Origin: Polyangiaceae bacterium
GTDB lineage: Bacteria > Myxococcota_A > Polyangia > Polyangiales > Polyangiaceae
NCBI GenBank assembly: GCA_044222475.1
Contig: JBGANF010000024.1
Coordinates: forward strand, 1 to 64,000
Length of the DNA stretch: 64,000 bases
Reading direction: 5' to 3'
Every line of letters starts with the position of its first letter. Position 1 is the stretch's first letter. The notes beneath the pieces were generated by a model. That model did not search any database, had not been told where the DNA came from, and saw only the letters and a program-made list of their open reading frames with translations. Positions 26,621 to 38,809 of this stretch are shown here, in pieces. Made by a program: the position numbers and the translations under genes.

Positions 26621-28897
26621 GTGAGGTACGCGATCCAGAGGCTGCTCTTCGCGCTCGCCGGGGCGACGGTGGGAGCGACGCTGGTCGCCTCGGTCGAGGC
26701 GCGCGCGGCTGCGGAGCAGGGCGGCGCGTCGTACGCGCGCCTCGCGATGACGGACGCCGGCCTCCTCGGTCCCGTCGCGATCGCGATCGGCGCGGCGGTG
26801 TTCGCGTTCGGGACGTTCCTCGAGCCGGGCGGCGCGCGACCGCCGACCGAGCACGCGGTCGCCTGGCGGCGGCTGGACGTCCTTCCGCGCTCGCGACTCG
26901 CCGCGCTCGCGCCGCTCTCTGCGTTCTCGGTGCTCGGAGCGGTGACCGCGATCGCTGCGCTCGCGCGTGGCGTCCTCGCCGACGGCACGCCTGCCGCGTC
27001 GGGGCTGCTGCTCGGCCTCGGCACCATCGCGATCATCGTGCTCTTCGTCGGCTTGACGCTCGCTCTCGTCGGTCCCCTGCGCCGCCTCCTCGTCATCGCC
27101 GCCGAGAAGCGCCCCGCGCTGCTCGACCCCACGAGGACGCTCGCCGGGGCCCTCGTGGTCGTGGTCGCGCTCGTCGCGCTCGGCTGCGGAACGGGAGACA
27201 CCGGCGGCGACGGCGTGGGGCCGCTCGCGATCTTCGGGGTCCTCCGCCGAAGCGAGCTCGATCTGCGGCCCGTCGTGGACCTCGGAGCGATCGCGCTCTC
27301 GGCCTATCTCGTCCCGGTCGCGTTCGCGCCGCCGTCGAGGTCGGGGCGCGCGTTCGGCCTTCGGTGGGTCGTTGCGATCGTGGTGCTCGTCGCGCCGCTC
27401 GTCGTCCTCTGGCGCGCGGCCGGATCGATGGGGGACGACCGGCGACTCACGCGCGCGATCGAGTCCCACGCGCCGTTCGGTCGCATCGCGCTCGGGGTCC
27501 TCCGCCGCGCGACCGACCGCGATCACGACGGCGCGTCACCCTGGTTCGGCGGCGGCGACTGCAACGATCACGATCGCGGGATCTCGCCGCTCGCGGTGGA
27601 CAAACCGGGCGACGGGATCGACCAGGACTGCGACGGCGTCGACATGCCGGCTCCGCCGCCGCCGCCACCTCCGCCGCCGGTCGCCGTCAAGCGCGCGCTC
27701 CCGAAGGGGCTCAACGTCGTCTTGATCACGGTCGACACGCTCCGCCTGGACGTCGGGTTCGCTGGATACCCGAAGCCGACGACCCCGAACCTCGACCGCC
27801 TCGCCGAGAGGTCCGTCGTCTTCGATCGCGCGTACTCGCTCGCGTCGTACACCGGGAAGAGCGTCGGTCCGTTGCTCATCGGCAAGTACCCGAGCGAGAC
27901 CATCCGAGACGGCGGCCACTTCAACAAGTATGGCCCCGAGAACGTGTTCGTCGCCGAGCGGCTCAAAGCGGCAGGCGTGAAGACGATGGGCGCCTCGGCT
28001 CACTGGTACTTCGCGCCGTGGAGCGGCCTGACGCAGGGGATCGACACGTGGGATCTCTCCGCTCAACCGCAGGGCGGCCAGGGCGACAACGACACGACGA
28101 TCACGAGCGCCCAGCTGTCCGACGCGGCGATCCGCCTGTTGCGCGCGCAGAGCGCAGCCGCGGCCGACGGCGGCGCCGCCAGCTTCTTCATGTGGGTCCA
28201 CTACGTCGATCCGCACGCGCAGTACGTCCCTCACGACGGCGCGCCGGACTTCCTCGGCGATGCGCGGGGCGGCGCGGCTGCCGCTCGCGCGGCGTACGAC
28301 GGCGAGGTGTGGTTCACCGACAAGCACGTCGGCCGCCTCATCGACGTCCTGATGCAGGAGCCGTTCGCCGGGAACACGGCGATCGTCGTGACGAGCGATC
28401 ACGGTGAGGTCTTCGGCGAGCACAACATGAGCTGGCACGGGGTGGAGATCTGGGAGCCCCTCGTGCGCGTGCCGCTGCTCGTCTACGTGCCCGAGCTCCA
28501 GCCGCATCACGTGGCGGCCCGCCGCAGCGCCGTCGACCTCGTGCCGACCATCCTCGATCTGTTCGGCGTCACCGCGCCCGCGGGCGAGCTGTCGGGACAG
28601 AGCCTGGCGCCCGACCTCTTGAGCGACGCCGGTCCGTACGCCGAGCGCGACGTGCTCATCGACATGCCGGTGGGGCCCTACACGTTGATGCGCAAGGGCG
28701 TCATCACCGGCGAAGGCGCAGGGATGAAGCTCATCTGGTCCGGCGGGAAGAACTACCAACTCTACGATCTCGAGGCCGACCCCGACGAGGCCAACGATCT
28801 CGCGGCCGATCAGGATCGCTTCGACCCGGTGTTCAAGGCGTTCCAGACCGCGCGCGCACGCTGCAACGAGATCGACGTCCCCGCGGATCCGCCCTAG
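26621..28897 (+). CDS. Membrane-anchored sulfatase-like hydrolase/transferase
   Basis: Multi-TM N-terminus; DxDxDG...GDCND...GDGIDQDCDG motif; ITVDTLR, HYVDPH, YDGEV, TSDHGE. Confidence 0.85.
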   Translation: MRYAIQRLLFALAGATVGATLVASVEARAAAEQGGASYARLAMTDAGLLGPVAIAIGAAVFAFGTFLEPGGARPPTEHAVAWRRLDVLPRSRLAALAPLSAFSVLGAVTAIAALARGVLADGTPAASGLLLGLGTIAIIVLFVGLTLALVGPLRRLLVIAAEKRPALLDPTRTLAGALVVVVALVALGCGTGDTGGDGVGPLAIFGVLRRSELDLRPVVDLGAIALSAYLVPVAFAPPSRSGRAFGLRWVVAIVVLVAPLVVLWRAAGSMGDDRRLTRAIESHAPFGRIALGVLRRATDRDHDGASPWFGGGDCNDHDRGISPLAVDKPGDGIDQDCDGVDMPAPPPPPPPPPVAVKRALPKGLNVVLITVDTLRLDVGFAGYPKPTTPNLDRLAERSVVFDRAYSLASYTGKSVGPLLIGKYPSETIRDGGHFNKYGPENVFVAERLKAAGVKTMGASAHWYFAPWSGLTQGIDTWDLSAQPQGGQGDNDTTITSAQLSDAAIRLLRAQSAAAADGGAASFFMWVHYVDPHAQYVPHDGAPDFLGDARGGAAAARAAYDGEVWFTDKHVGRLIDVLMQEPFAGNTAIVVTSDHGEVFGEHNMSWHGVEIWEPLVRVPLLVYVPELQPHHVAARRSAVDLVPTILDLFGVTAPAGELSGQSLAPDLLSDAGPYAERDVLIDMPVGPYTLMRKGVITGEGAGMKLIWSGGKNYQLYDLEADPDEANDLAADQDRFDPVFKAFQTARARCNEIDVPADPP

Positions 28898-28907
28898 CGG
28901 CCGTGCG

Positions 28908-29513
28908 TCAGGCGAACGCGGCTTCGCGACCCGCGTCGGTGTCGGCGAGGAGCGCGCGGAGGCGCGTGCGGGCGCGGTGCAGGCGCGATCGCACGGCGCT
29001 CTCGGTGAGGGCGAACCGGTCGGCGATCTCCTGCAGCCCGAGGTCGAGGTGATAGTGCGCGACGACGACGTCGCGGTAGTCGTCGGGCAGCTCGGCCAGC
29101 GCGTTGCGCACCGAGGCAGCGCGCTGCTGGTTCTCCACACCGAGGTCGCCGCGGTCGAGATCGCGCACCTCGGTCTCCGACGAGCTCGTCATGGCATCGA
29201 GCTCTTCGTACTCGAGCCCGAACGTCAGCCGCGACTTGTGGCGTCGCTGGGAGCGCATGAGCATGAGCGCTTCGTTGGCGGTCACGCGGAAGAGCCACGT
29301 CGAGAAGTTGGACTCGCCGCGGAACGATCCGATGCGGCGGAGGACCTGCATGAGGGTCGCTTGCAGGAGGTCCCGCCGATCTTCGTCGCTGACCGGGTAG
29401 CGAAGGAGCTGTCGTTCGACGTGCGGCCGGATGGCGGCCACCAGCTCTCCTTGGGCGGTGATGTTTCCGGAGGCGGCGCGTTCGATCAACGTGGGGTCGG
29501 GAGTGAATGCCAT
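28908..29513 (-). CDS. ECF sigma factor
   Basis: SFRGESNFSTWLFRVTAN (region 2); LQEIA...AVRSRLHRAR (region 4). Confidence 0.92.
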   Translation of the reverse strand: MAFTPDPTLIERAASGNITAQGELVAAIRPHVERQLLRYPVSDEDRRDLLQATLMQVLRRIGSFRGESNFSTWLFRVTANEALMLMRSQRRHKSRLTFGLEYEELDAMTSSSETEVRDLDRGDLGVENQQRAASVRNALAELPDDYRDVVVAHYHLDLGLQEIADRFALTESAVRSRLHRARTRLRALLADTDAGREAAFA

Positions 29514-29526
29514 GAGCGTTTCCCTT

Positions 29527-29543
29527 TGCGATCTCCATGCCAA
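29527..29543 (-). promoter_or_regulatory. Putative sigma54 -24/-12 promoter TTGGCATGGAGATCGCA
   Basis: TGGCA with GG-N10-GC spacing just upstream of the ECF gene. Confidence 0.55.
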
Positions 29544-29635
29544 CCGCTCGAAACGCTCATTCGGGCCAGGAATCGCTCATTTGGCCGAGGCGTGCCTGTC
29601 GGAAAGTCTTACAGCTGCCCGAGTGGTGACAACGA

Positions 29636-32245
<2,610 letters not shown>

Positions 32246-32274
32246 GGCCGAATCGTGGCTAAGCTCCGCGCCCG

Positions 32275-33486
32275 ATGGCGAAGGCGACGGATCGAACGCT
32301 GCCGACGGGGATGCGCGACGTGCTCCCGGAGGACACGCGCACCCGGCGCCGCCTCTCGCGCCGGCTCGAGCGCGCCGTCTCGCTGCACGGCTTCGAGCTC
32401 GTGACGCTACCCGCGTTCGAGTTCGAGTCGGTGCTCGAACGCGGGCTCGGCCGCCTGGCGCGCGAGGAGCTCCTCCGGTTCGTCGAGCCCGAGACCGGCG
32501 AGAGCGCAGCGTTCCGTCCCGACATGACCCCGCAGGTCGCGCGTCTCGTCGCGACCCGCCTGCGCGAGCGGCCGCCGCCGCTGCGCATCGCGTACGAAGG
32601 CACCGTCCTCCGCCGCCGGGGGACGCGCGCGACGTCCCTCGCGCAGTTCGGGGTGGAGCTCGTCGGACCGCCGCACCCTCAAGGGGACGTCGAGCTGCTC
32701 GAGGTTGCGGCCGCCGCGCTCCGGGCGGCGGGCGTGCAGCGCTTCACGCTCGACGTCGGCGACTCGGCGATCCTTCGCAGCCTCATGGAGGGGCTGCCGG
32801 CGGAGCAAGCCGAGGCGCTCGGCGACGCGTTCGCCCGGCGCGACGAGAGCGAGGTCCGCAACATATTGCAGACTGCAAACAAATCGAGCTCGCCCCTCGA
32901 GGCGCTCGTCCGCATCGCCGGCGGCGCGGACGCGGTCACCGCCGGAGTGGCGGCGTTGCAGGGAACCCCCGCGGAGCCGTACGCGCGGCGGTTGGCTTCG
33001 CTGTTCGAGGAAGGCACCCGGCGTGGGCTCCCGCTCTCGGTCGACTTCGGCGAGGTTCGCGGGTGGGCGTACTACACGGGCATGCGCGTGCACGCCTATG
33101 CCGACGGCGCCGCGCGCTCGGTGGGTGGGGGCGGGCGCTACGACGAGCTCCTCCGTGGCTTCGGGCGTCCGCTCGCGGCGGTCGGCTTCTCGATCGACCT
33201 GGACGAGCTTCGCGTCGCCGTCGCTGCGCAGTCGCCGGCCGAGCGGAGGCCGCCGCGCGTCGTGGTGGTCGGCGATCGAGCCGCCACGGAGCTCCTCCGG
33301 GCGCGAGGCGTGCCGGCGATCGACCACGACGACGCCGCCGCGGGCGAAATCCATGCGCGGGCGTGGGGTTTTTCTCACCTTCTCGTGGGGGGGGCCCTCC
33401 GCGAGCTTGCGACTGGCGCCGCGATCGCGTGGAATGCGTCGGCTGCGTCGTCGCTCGTGACGGACAGCAACGAGAGCGGAGCGTAA
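32275..33486 (+). CDS. hisZ: ATP phosphoribosyltransferase regulatory subunit
   Basis: LPTGMRDVLP, RPDMTPQVAR, QFGVEL, YYTG, GGGRYD; directly upstream of purA. Confidence 0.9.
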   Translation: MAKATDRTLPTGMRDVLPEDTRTRRRLSRRLERAVSLHGFELVTLPAFEFESVLERGLGRLAREELLRFVEPETGESAAFRPDMTPQVARLVATRLRERPPPLRIAYEGTVLRRRGTRATSLAQFGVELVGPPHPQGDVELLEVAAAALRAAGVQRFTLDVGDSAILRSLMEGLPAEQAEALGDAFARRDESEVRNILQTANKSSSPLEALVRIAGGADAVTAGVAALQGTPAEPYARRLASLFEEGTRRGLPLSVDFGEVRGWAYYTGMRVHAYADGAARSVGGGGRYDELLRGFGRPLAAVGFSIDLDELRVAVAAQSPAERRPPRVVVVGDRAATELLRARGVPAIDHDDAAAGEIHARAWGFSHLLVGGALRELATGAAIAWNASAASSLVTDSNESGA

Positions 33487-33490
33487 CCGG

Positions 33491-34765
33491 ATGCCGGCGG
33501 TCGTGGTCGTAGGAGCCCAGTGGGGCGACGAAGGGAAGGGGAAGGTCGTCGACATCTTCACCGAGCACGCCGACATGGTCGTGCGCTACGCCGGCGGTCC
33601 CAACGCGGGACACACGCTGGTCGTCGGCGACGACAAGGTGATCGTGCGGCTCATCCCGAGCGGCATCCTGCGCCCGAAGACGGTGTGCGTCCTCGCGCAA
33701 GGCATGGTCGTCGATCCGGGTCGCCTCGTCGGCGAGATGGACGAGCTCGAGCGTCGCGGTCACTCGCACGTGCGGTCGCTCCGGGTCTCCGAGCGCGCGC
33801 ACGCCATCCTTCCGTACCACGTGCTCGTCGACGGCCTCCGCGAGCAGGGCAAGGGCGCCATCGGCACGACGAAGCGCGGCGTCGGTCCCTGCTACGAAGA
33901 CAAGGCGGCGCGACGCGGGATCCCATTGGGGGCGCTCCGCGATCTCGCCGCGATGGACGGGCTCGTCGGCGAAGCGCTCGCCGCCTGGGGTCCGACGATC
34001 ACGGCGCTCGGCGGAAAGGTTCCGACCGTCGCCGAGGTGCGCGCGGCCATCGAGCCGCTCGCCGAGCGGATCGTCCCGCTCCTCGCCGACACGTCGCAGC
34101 TCGTCGGCCGCGCGATCGCCGACGGCAAGCGCGTCGTCCTCGAAGGCGCGCAGGGCACGCTGCTCGACGTCGATCATGGAACGTACCCGTTCGTCACGTC
34201 GTCGAGCGCCGCCGCCGGTGGTGCGTGCACCGGTGCGGGCGTCGGCCCGTCGCGGATCGACGCGGTCATCGGGCTGGTGAAGGCGTACTGCACGCGCGTC
34301 GGCGCGGGACCGTTTCCGACCGAGCTCGACGACGCCATCGGCGAGCGCCTTCGCACGGTGGGGGCGGAGTTCGGCTCGGTCACCGGCCGTCCGCGGCGCA
34401 CGGGCTGGCTCGATCTCCCCGCGCTCCGGTACGCCGCGCGCATCAACGGGCTCGACGGCATCGCGGTGACCAAGCTCGACGTGCTCACCGGCATCCCGGA
34501 GCTGAAGGTCTGCGTCGCGTACCGCACGAAGGGCGGCGAAGTGTCCGAGCTGCCGGCTGCCGATCTCGCGCACGCCGAGCCCGTCTACCGCACGGTCCCC
34601 GGCTGGACCGAAGAGCTCGGCAAGGCGAAGTCCCTCGCGGATCTGCCGGACGCCGCCCGTCGTTACGTGGAGCTCATCGAAGAGGCCGCCGGTTGCCCGG
34701 CGAACATCGTCAGCGTCGGCTACCGCCGCGAAGAGACGATCGTGAACAAGCATCCCTTCGGGTGA
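33491..34765 (+). CDS. purA: Adenylosuccinate synthetase
   Basis: QWGDEGKGK, NAGHT, EGAQG, GTYPFVTSS, TGRPRR. Confidence 0.98.
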   Translation: MPAVVVVGAQWGDEGKGKVVDIFTEHADMVVRYAGGPNAGHTLVVGDDKVIVRLIPSGILRPKTVCVLAQGMVVDPGRLVGEMDELERRGHSHVRSLRVSERAHAILPYHVLVDGLREQGKGAIGTTKRGVGPCYEDKAARRGIPLGALRDLAAMDGLVGEALAAWGPTITALGGKVPTVAEVRAAIEPLAERIVPLLADTSQLVGRAIADGKRVVLEGAQGTLLDVDHGTYPFVTSSSAAAGGACTGAGVGPSRIDAVIGLVKAYCTRVGAGPFPTELDDAIGERLRTVGAEFGSVTGRPRRTGWLDLPALRYAARINGLDGIAVTKLDVLTGIPELKVCVAYRTKGGEVSELPAADLAHAEPVYRTVPGWTEELGKAKSLADLPDAARRYVELIEEAAGCPANIVSVGYRREETIVNKHPFG

Positions 34766-34800
34766 ATCACGGCGCGTGATCTTCGATCACGTGGTGATTC
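34764..34800 (+). terminator. Hairpin directly after purA
   Basis: GAATCAC/GTGATTC outer and CGTGATC/GATCACG inner stems; no U-tract. Confidence 0.45.
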
Positions 34801-34845
34801 CAGAGCGCATAGCCACCGGACGCGGCGCGCGCTAACCTTCACGCG

Positions 34846-35802
34846 ATGTTCCACGCCGTTCTCGTCGTGTTCCTTCAGGTTGGCGCCGGCGCGGCGGGTC
34901 CCGCCCTCGCTCCGGAGTGCGGCGCCGGCGGTCGCGAAGGGACGAACGTCTGGGAGCGCGCGAAGCACCCCGAGCTCCGTCGGTACTGCGATCTCCTCGC
35001 GAGCGGTGCGGCGAAGCTCGCCGCGAACGCGAGCATGGCGCGCGAGGTCGTCGGCATCGCCGAGGAAGCCGAGAAGACGAACCCCGGTCGCGCGGCGCCT
35101 CTGGTGCTCAAGGGCCGCGCGCTGATGCGCCTCGCGCGGTTCGAGGAGAGCTACCAGGCCTTCGTCGAAGCGAAGAAGCGCGACGTGAACGCCGTCGAGG
35201 ATCCCGTCGCCCTCCTCGCGTTCGCGCGCGCCTCGTCGCGCAGCAACCACGAAGCAGACGCGCGCGACGCGTTCCGCGCGCTCCTGCCGCGCGCGTCCGT
35301 GCTCTCGGCGACGGACCGCGGGCTCGTCTACCTCGAGGCGGGTCTCCTCTCGATGGCGAAAGGGCCGACCGGGCTCGACGACGCGATCGTCGCACTCCGC
35401 CAAGCGCGGCGCGAAGCCCAGGACTACGCAGCGACCCTGTGCACGCTCGCGCTCGCGCTGGCCCTCGATCGCGCCGGCAACCGCGACGAAGCGAAGGCCA
35501 TCCTCGACGAGCGCGCTCGCGCCGACGCGCGCATGATCACGAACGACACTCGAGCGAAGGACGCGCTCGGACCGATGTCGATCGAGGTCGACGCGATGGC
35601 CGCGATGGGTCTCGAGCCGACCGACGCTGCGCGCGCGAAAGAGGCGTGGGCTCGCTACGCCGCGGCGGCCGGGGCAGGACCTTGGGCCGATCACGCGAAG
35701 GCGCGCGCAGGTGGCACCACGGCGCGTCCGGGGGCGAGCGCAGCGCCGAGGGGCAGCGTCGCTCCGCCGAAGCCGCCGACACCGCCGACGCTGAGGCAAT
35801 GA
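34846..35802 (+). CDS. Exported TPR-like hypothetical protein
   Basis: Hydrophobic N-terminus; Ala/Leu-rich helical TPR-like repeats. Confidence 0.7.
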   Translation: MFHAVLVVFLQVGAGAAGPALAPECGAGGREGTNVWERAKHPELRRYCDLLASGAAKLAANASMAREVVGIAEEAEKTNPGRAAPLVLKGRALMRLARFEESYQAFVEAKKRDVNAVEDPVALLAFARASSRSNHEADARDAFRALLPRASVLSATDRGLVYLEAGLLSMAKGPTGLDDAIVALRQARREAQDYAATLCTLALALALDRAGNRDEAKAILDERARADARMITNDTRAKDALGPMSIEVDAMAAMGLEPTDAARAKEAWARYAAAAGAGPWADHAKARAGGTTARPGASAAPRGSVAPPKPPTPPTLRQ

Positions 35803-36860
35803 TGCGCCGCCGGTTGCTCGCCCGCTTCGCCTCGGCCGCGCTCCTCGCGGGTGCGCTTTTCGGGATCGCTCGCGCCGCACGGGCCGAGACGCCGCCGAAC
35901 TCGTGGGACATCGTGCGCGATCCATCGCTCCGCGAGCGCTGGGCGACCCACGTCTACGTCCAGCGTCAGCTCTTCTCGGCCGGCTCGGAGGAGCCGCTCG
36001 ACCGCAACCGCATGCGGAGCTTCGCGCTCGACGCAGCGCTGCGCAGCCTTCGCGCGGCGAACGCGGCCACGAGCGACGACGTTCGCCTGCGCTTCGATCT
36101 CATGCAGGTGCTGCGCGAGCGCGACAACCTGCTCCTCGAAAAGCACGACGCCGAGCTGCTCCCCCTCGCGCAGAGCGTGTGCGGTGACGAGCGCGCGACC
36201 GATCATCAGCGCTCGACCGCCTGCTTCGTGGTCGCCCTCGTCCACGCCAAGGCGGAGCGGACCGAAGAGGAGATCGCGGCGTACGCCGACGTCCTCCGGT
36301 TCGAGTCGGATCCGCTCCAGCGCGGCATCACGGTGATGAACCGCGCCGAAGGATACATGCGTCTCGGGCGGCTCACCGAGGCGATCGAAGGCTACCGCGA
36401 GGTGATCGTGATGCTGAGCCCGCTGTCCCAGCGAGGCGACACGATCACGTCGGCCTACTGGGGGCTCGCGGTCGCGCTCGATCGCTATCGAGACACGCAG
36501 GGCGCGCTCGCCGCCGCGTCGTGGGCCGTGTCGAGCGATCCGGGCCTCTTCCTCGTGTCGCCTGGTCATCGCCCGGGTGAGAACCCGGACGTGTTCTTCG
36601 TGCCGGACTACGACGCGCACTGGTACCGCGCCATCGGCTGGCGCGCGAAGGCGATGTCGCCGGGCGTGCCGGCGCGCGACGTCGCTCGCTACTTGGGCCA
36701 GTCTGCGATGGAGTACGCGCTCTACGTGGCATCGGCCGAGCGCGCGAAGGACCAGGGCTACCTCGCCGTCGGCAAGGAGCGCCTCGACGCGGTGAAGAAG
36801 CTCTACGCCGCCGCGCAGAAGAAGGTGCCGCCGGTCCCGCCGGACGACTTCAGCTTCTGA
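35799..36860 (+). CDS. Exported TPR-like hypothetical protein
   Basis: Signal peptide ending ARA; NRAEGYMRLGRLTEAIEGY TPR; start overlaps the previous stop. Confidence 0.72.
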   Translation: MMRRRLLARFASAALLAGALFGIARAARAETPPNSWDIVRDPSLRERWATHVYVQRQLFSAGSEEPLDRNRMRSFALDAALRSLRAANAATSDDVRLRFDLMQVLRERDNLLLEKHDAELLPLAQSVCGDERATDHQRSTACFVVALVHAKAERTEEEIAAYADVLRFESDPLQRGITVMNRAEGYMRLGRLTEAIEGYREVIVMLSPLSQRGDTITSAYWGLAVALDRYRDTQGALAAASWAVSSDPGLFLVSPGHRPGENPDVFFVPDYDAHWYRAIGWRAKAMSPGVPARDVARYLGQSAMEYALYVASAERAKDQGYLAVGKERLDAVKKLYAAAQKKVPPVPPDDFSF

Positions 36861-38772
36861 CGCCGAGCCGCTGCTTCGCCGCGGCGAGCTGAGCGTCGAG
36901 CGTCTGCGGCGGGAGCTGGAGCGCCGCGCAGGCCTTCTGCAACGTCTCCATCTCCTTCGCGTCGACCGTTCCGTCGACGAGCGCCGCGCCGATGAGGCCG
37001 GCGAGGAACCACTCCGGCGAAGCCACCGGTCCGGCGTCGGCGACCGTGCCGAGCTTCCCGTCGAGCGCCTTCGCGAGGAGATCTTCCGGGATGCCCCACC
37101 GCGACGCGACGAGGGTGAGGAGCCGCTTCTCGTCGCGTTGAAGCCCGCCGCTGCGCGCCATGAGCTGCGCCATCTGGGTGAAGAGCACCATCCGCTCCCG
37201 CGGGTCGCGCACGTCGGGGACGAGCGCCTCCGAGAGCGCGGCTTGCGTGCCCTGGTGCCGCGGTCGCGCGGAGCCGGCGGGGAGGACCCCGTCGAGGGCC
37301 CACACCGTGCCGCTCGCCACGATCGCGGTCTGGCAGTGGCCGCACTTCGGATCGTCGGTCTCGGTGAGGGGCGCACCGCAGTTGGGACACGTCACCGCGC
37401 TCATCGAGAGCTTGGCGCTCGCGCCGGTCTTGCGCGCGAGCCGCAACATCGTCTGCCGCGGGAACGGCATCGCGTTGCCGCCGTAGCGCGCGGACCAGTA
37501 GACGTCGACGTAGGCGAAGTCTTCCTGTTCGCCTTGCGCCAGATCGACGAAGCGGAGGTTCACGCCGCCGACCGCGATGTCGCGCGCTTGGGCCACCTGG
37601 TTCGCGCCATCGCCTCCGCGTGCCATGAGCGCGTCGGTCGCGCACTTGCGGAGCGGTGCCGGGCTCCCGGTGCGGCCCGATTGGATCCACTTCCAGAACA
37701 GGTAGCTCGCGCGGTCCTCGAGCGTCTCGCGCGTCGTGCCGAGGTCGCTCTCGCGCAACGCCGAGAGTCCGAACACCGGCTCGGCCGACGTCGGGTGCCA
37801 CTCCTCGAGCTGCGTGATCTCGGCCAGGACCCAGTCGAACTCGCCCGAGCAGACCAGCGCCTTGCAGTGCGTGCACGTGACGATCTCGCCGCCGACGGCG
37901 TACGGTGCGCCACAGCTCGGGCACGCGCGCCCGACCTGCGACGGATCGAGCTTCGACTGCGCGCCCTGCTTGCGAACGAGGGTCCAGATTTCCGTGTAGG
38001 GTGCAACCGGCGTCCGAGCGAGCTCGGCTTGGATCTGCTGCGGCGTCGAGTTGAGCGGCACCGTCGCGTCGCGCGCCTGGGCGGTGAAGCGCACGTGGAC
38101 GATGTCGAAGGGCGGGTGGCTCTCGACGCCTTCCATCGTGACGTAGAGGACCGCCGTGTCGCTCATGACGTTGCGCACGCCCTCTTGCTGCATGAGCGCG
38201 AGCTGGACCTGGAAGCGGCTGTAGACGCCGTCCGACACGAACGCGCGCGCGGGGCCCATGTTCCCGCCGGTCCACGCGTCGCGCAGCATGTCGCTCATGC
38301 GACGCACGCGATCGACGATGCTCGCCTCGGTGAGCGTCGGATCACGCTGGCGGAGCGTGTCGATCGACGCGCTCCTTCGGCTGCGCGCCGCTTGATCGAA
38401 CTGCGCCGACATGATCGCCGAGCGGACGGCGTTGTTCTGCCGTTTGCCCGAGTTCGCGGCGATGCTCACGATGACGACGACGATGCCGATGAGGAAGAGC
38501 ACCGCGAGGCCGCCGGCGCTCATCGAGCCGCCGCCGCCGCCGGAAGAACCACCGGAGCGGTACGACCCGCCGCCGGAGTAGCCGCCACCGGAGTAGCCGC
38601 CGCCGCCGCGCGAGCCGCCGCCGCCACCACCACCGCCGCTGTAGTTCTGGCCGCCGCCGGGCCGAAGCTCCGCCACCGACGTCACCGCGGCCGAGACGAC
38701 CGGCGCGACGGAGACGACGGCGAACGAGAGCGCGAAGACGAGGGCGAGCCGTTGCAGCAGGCGGTGCCACAT
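36850..38772 (-). CDS. Tim44-like domain protein with two Zn ribbons and a TerB-like C-terminus
   Basis: Signal, Gly-rich segment, TM; YTEIWTLVR-CPSCGAP-CTHC-DWVL; second CPNCGAP-CGHC; ALVDGTVDAKE. Confidence 0.78.
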   Translation of the reverse strand: MWHRLLQRLALVFALSFAVVSVAPVVSAAVTSVAELRPGGGQNYSGGGGGGGGSRGGGGYSGGGYSGGGSYRSGGSSGGGGGSMSAGGLAVLFLIGIVVVIVSIAANSGKRQNNAVRSAIMSAQFDQAARSRRSASIDTLRQRDPTLTEASIVDRVRRMSDMLRDAWTGGNMGPARAFVSDGVYSRFQVQLALMQQEGVRNVMSDTAVLYVTMEGVESHPPFDIVHVRFTAQARDATVPLNSTPQQIQAELARTPVAPYTEIWTLVRKQGAQSKLDPSQVGRACPSCGAPYAVGGEIVTCTHCKALVCSGEFDWVLAEITQLEEWHPTSAEPVFGLSALRESDLGTTRETLEDRASYLFWKWIQSGRTGSPAPLRKCATDALMARGGDGANQVAQARDIAVGGVNLRFVDLAQGEQEDFAYVDVYWSARYGGNAMPFPRQTMLRLARKTGASAKLSMSAVTCPNCGAPLTETDDPKCGHCQTAIVASGTVWALDGVLPAGSARPRHQGTQAALSEALVPDVRDPRERMVLFTQMAQLMARSGGLQRDEKRLLTLVASRWGIPEDLLAKALDGKLGTVADAGPVASPEWFLAGLIGAALVDGTVDAKEMETLQKACAALQLPPQTLDAQLAAAKQRLGVRS

Positions 38773-38809
38773 GGCGGCGGTTTTACCGCACTTGTCCGTC
38801 ACTTGTCCC

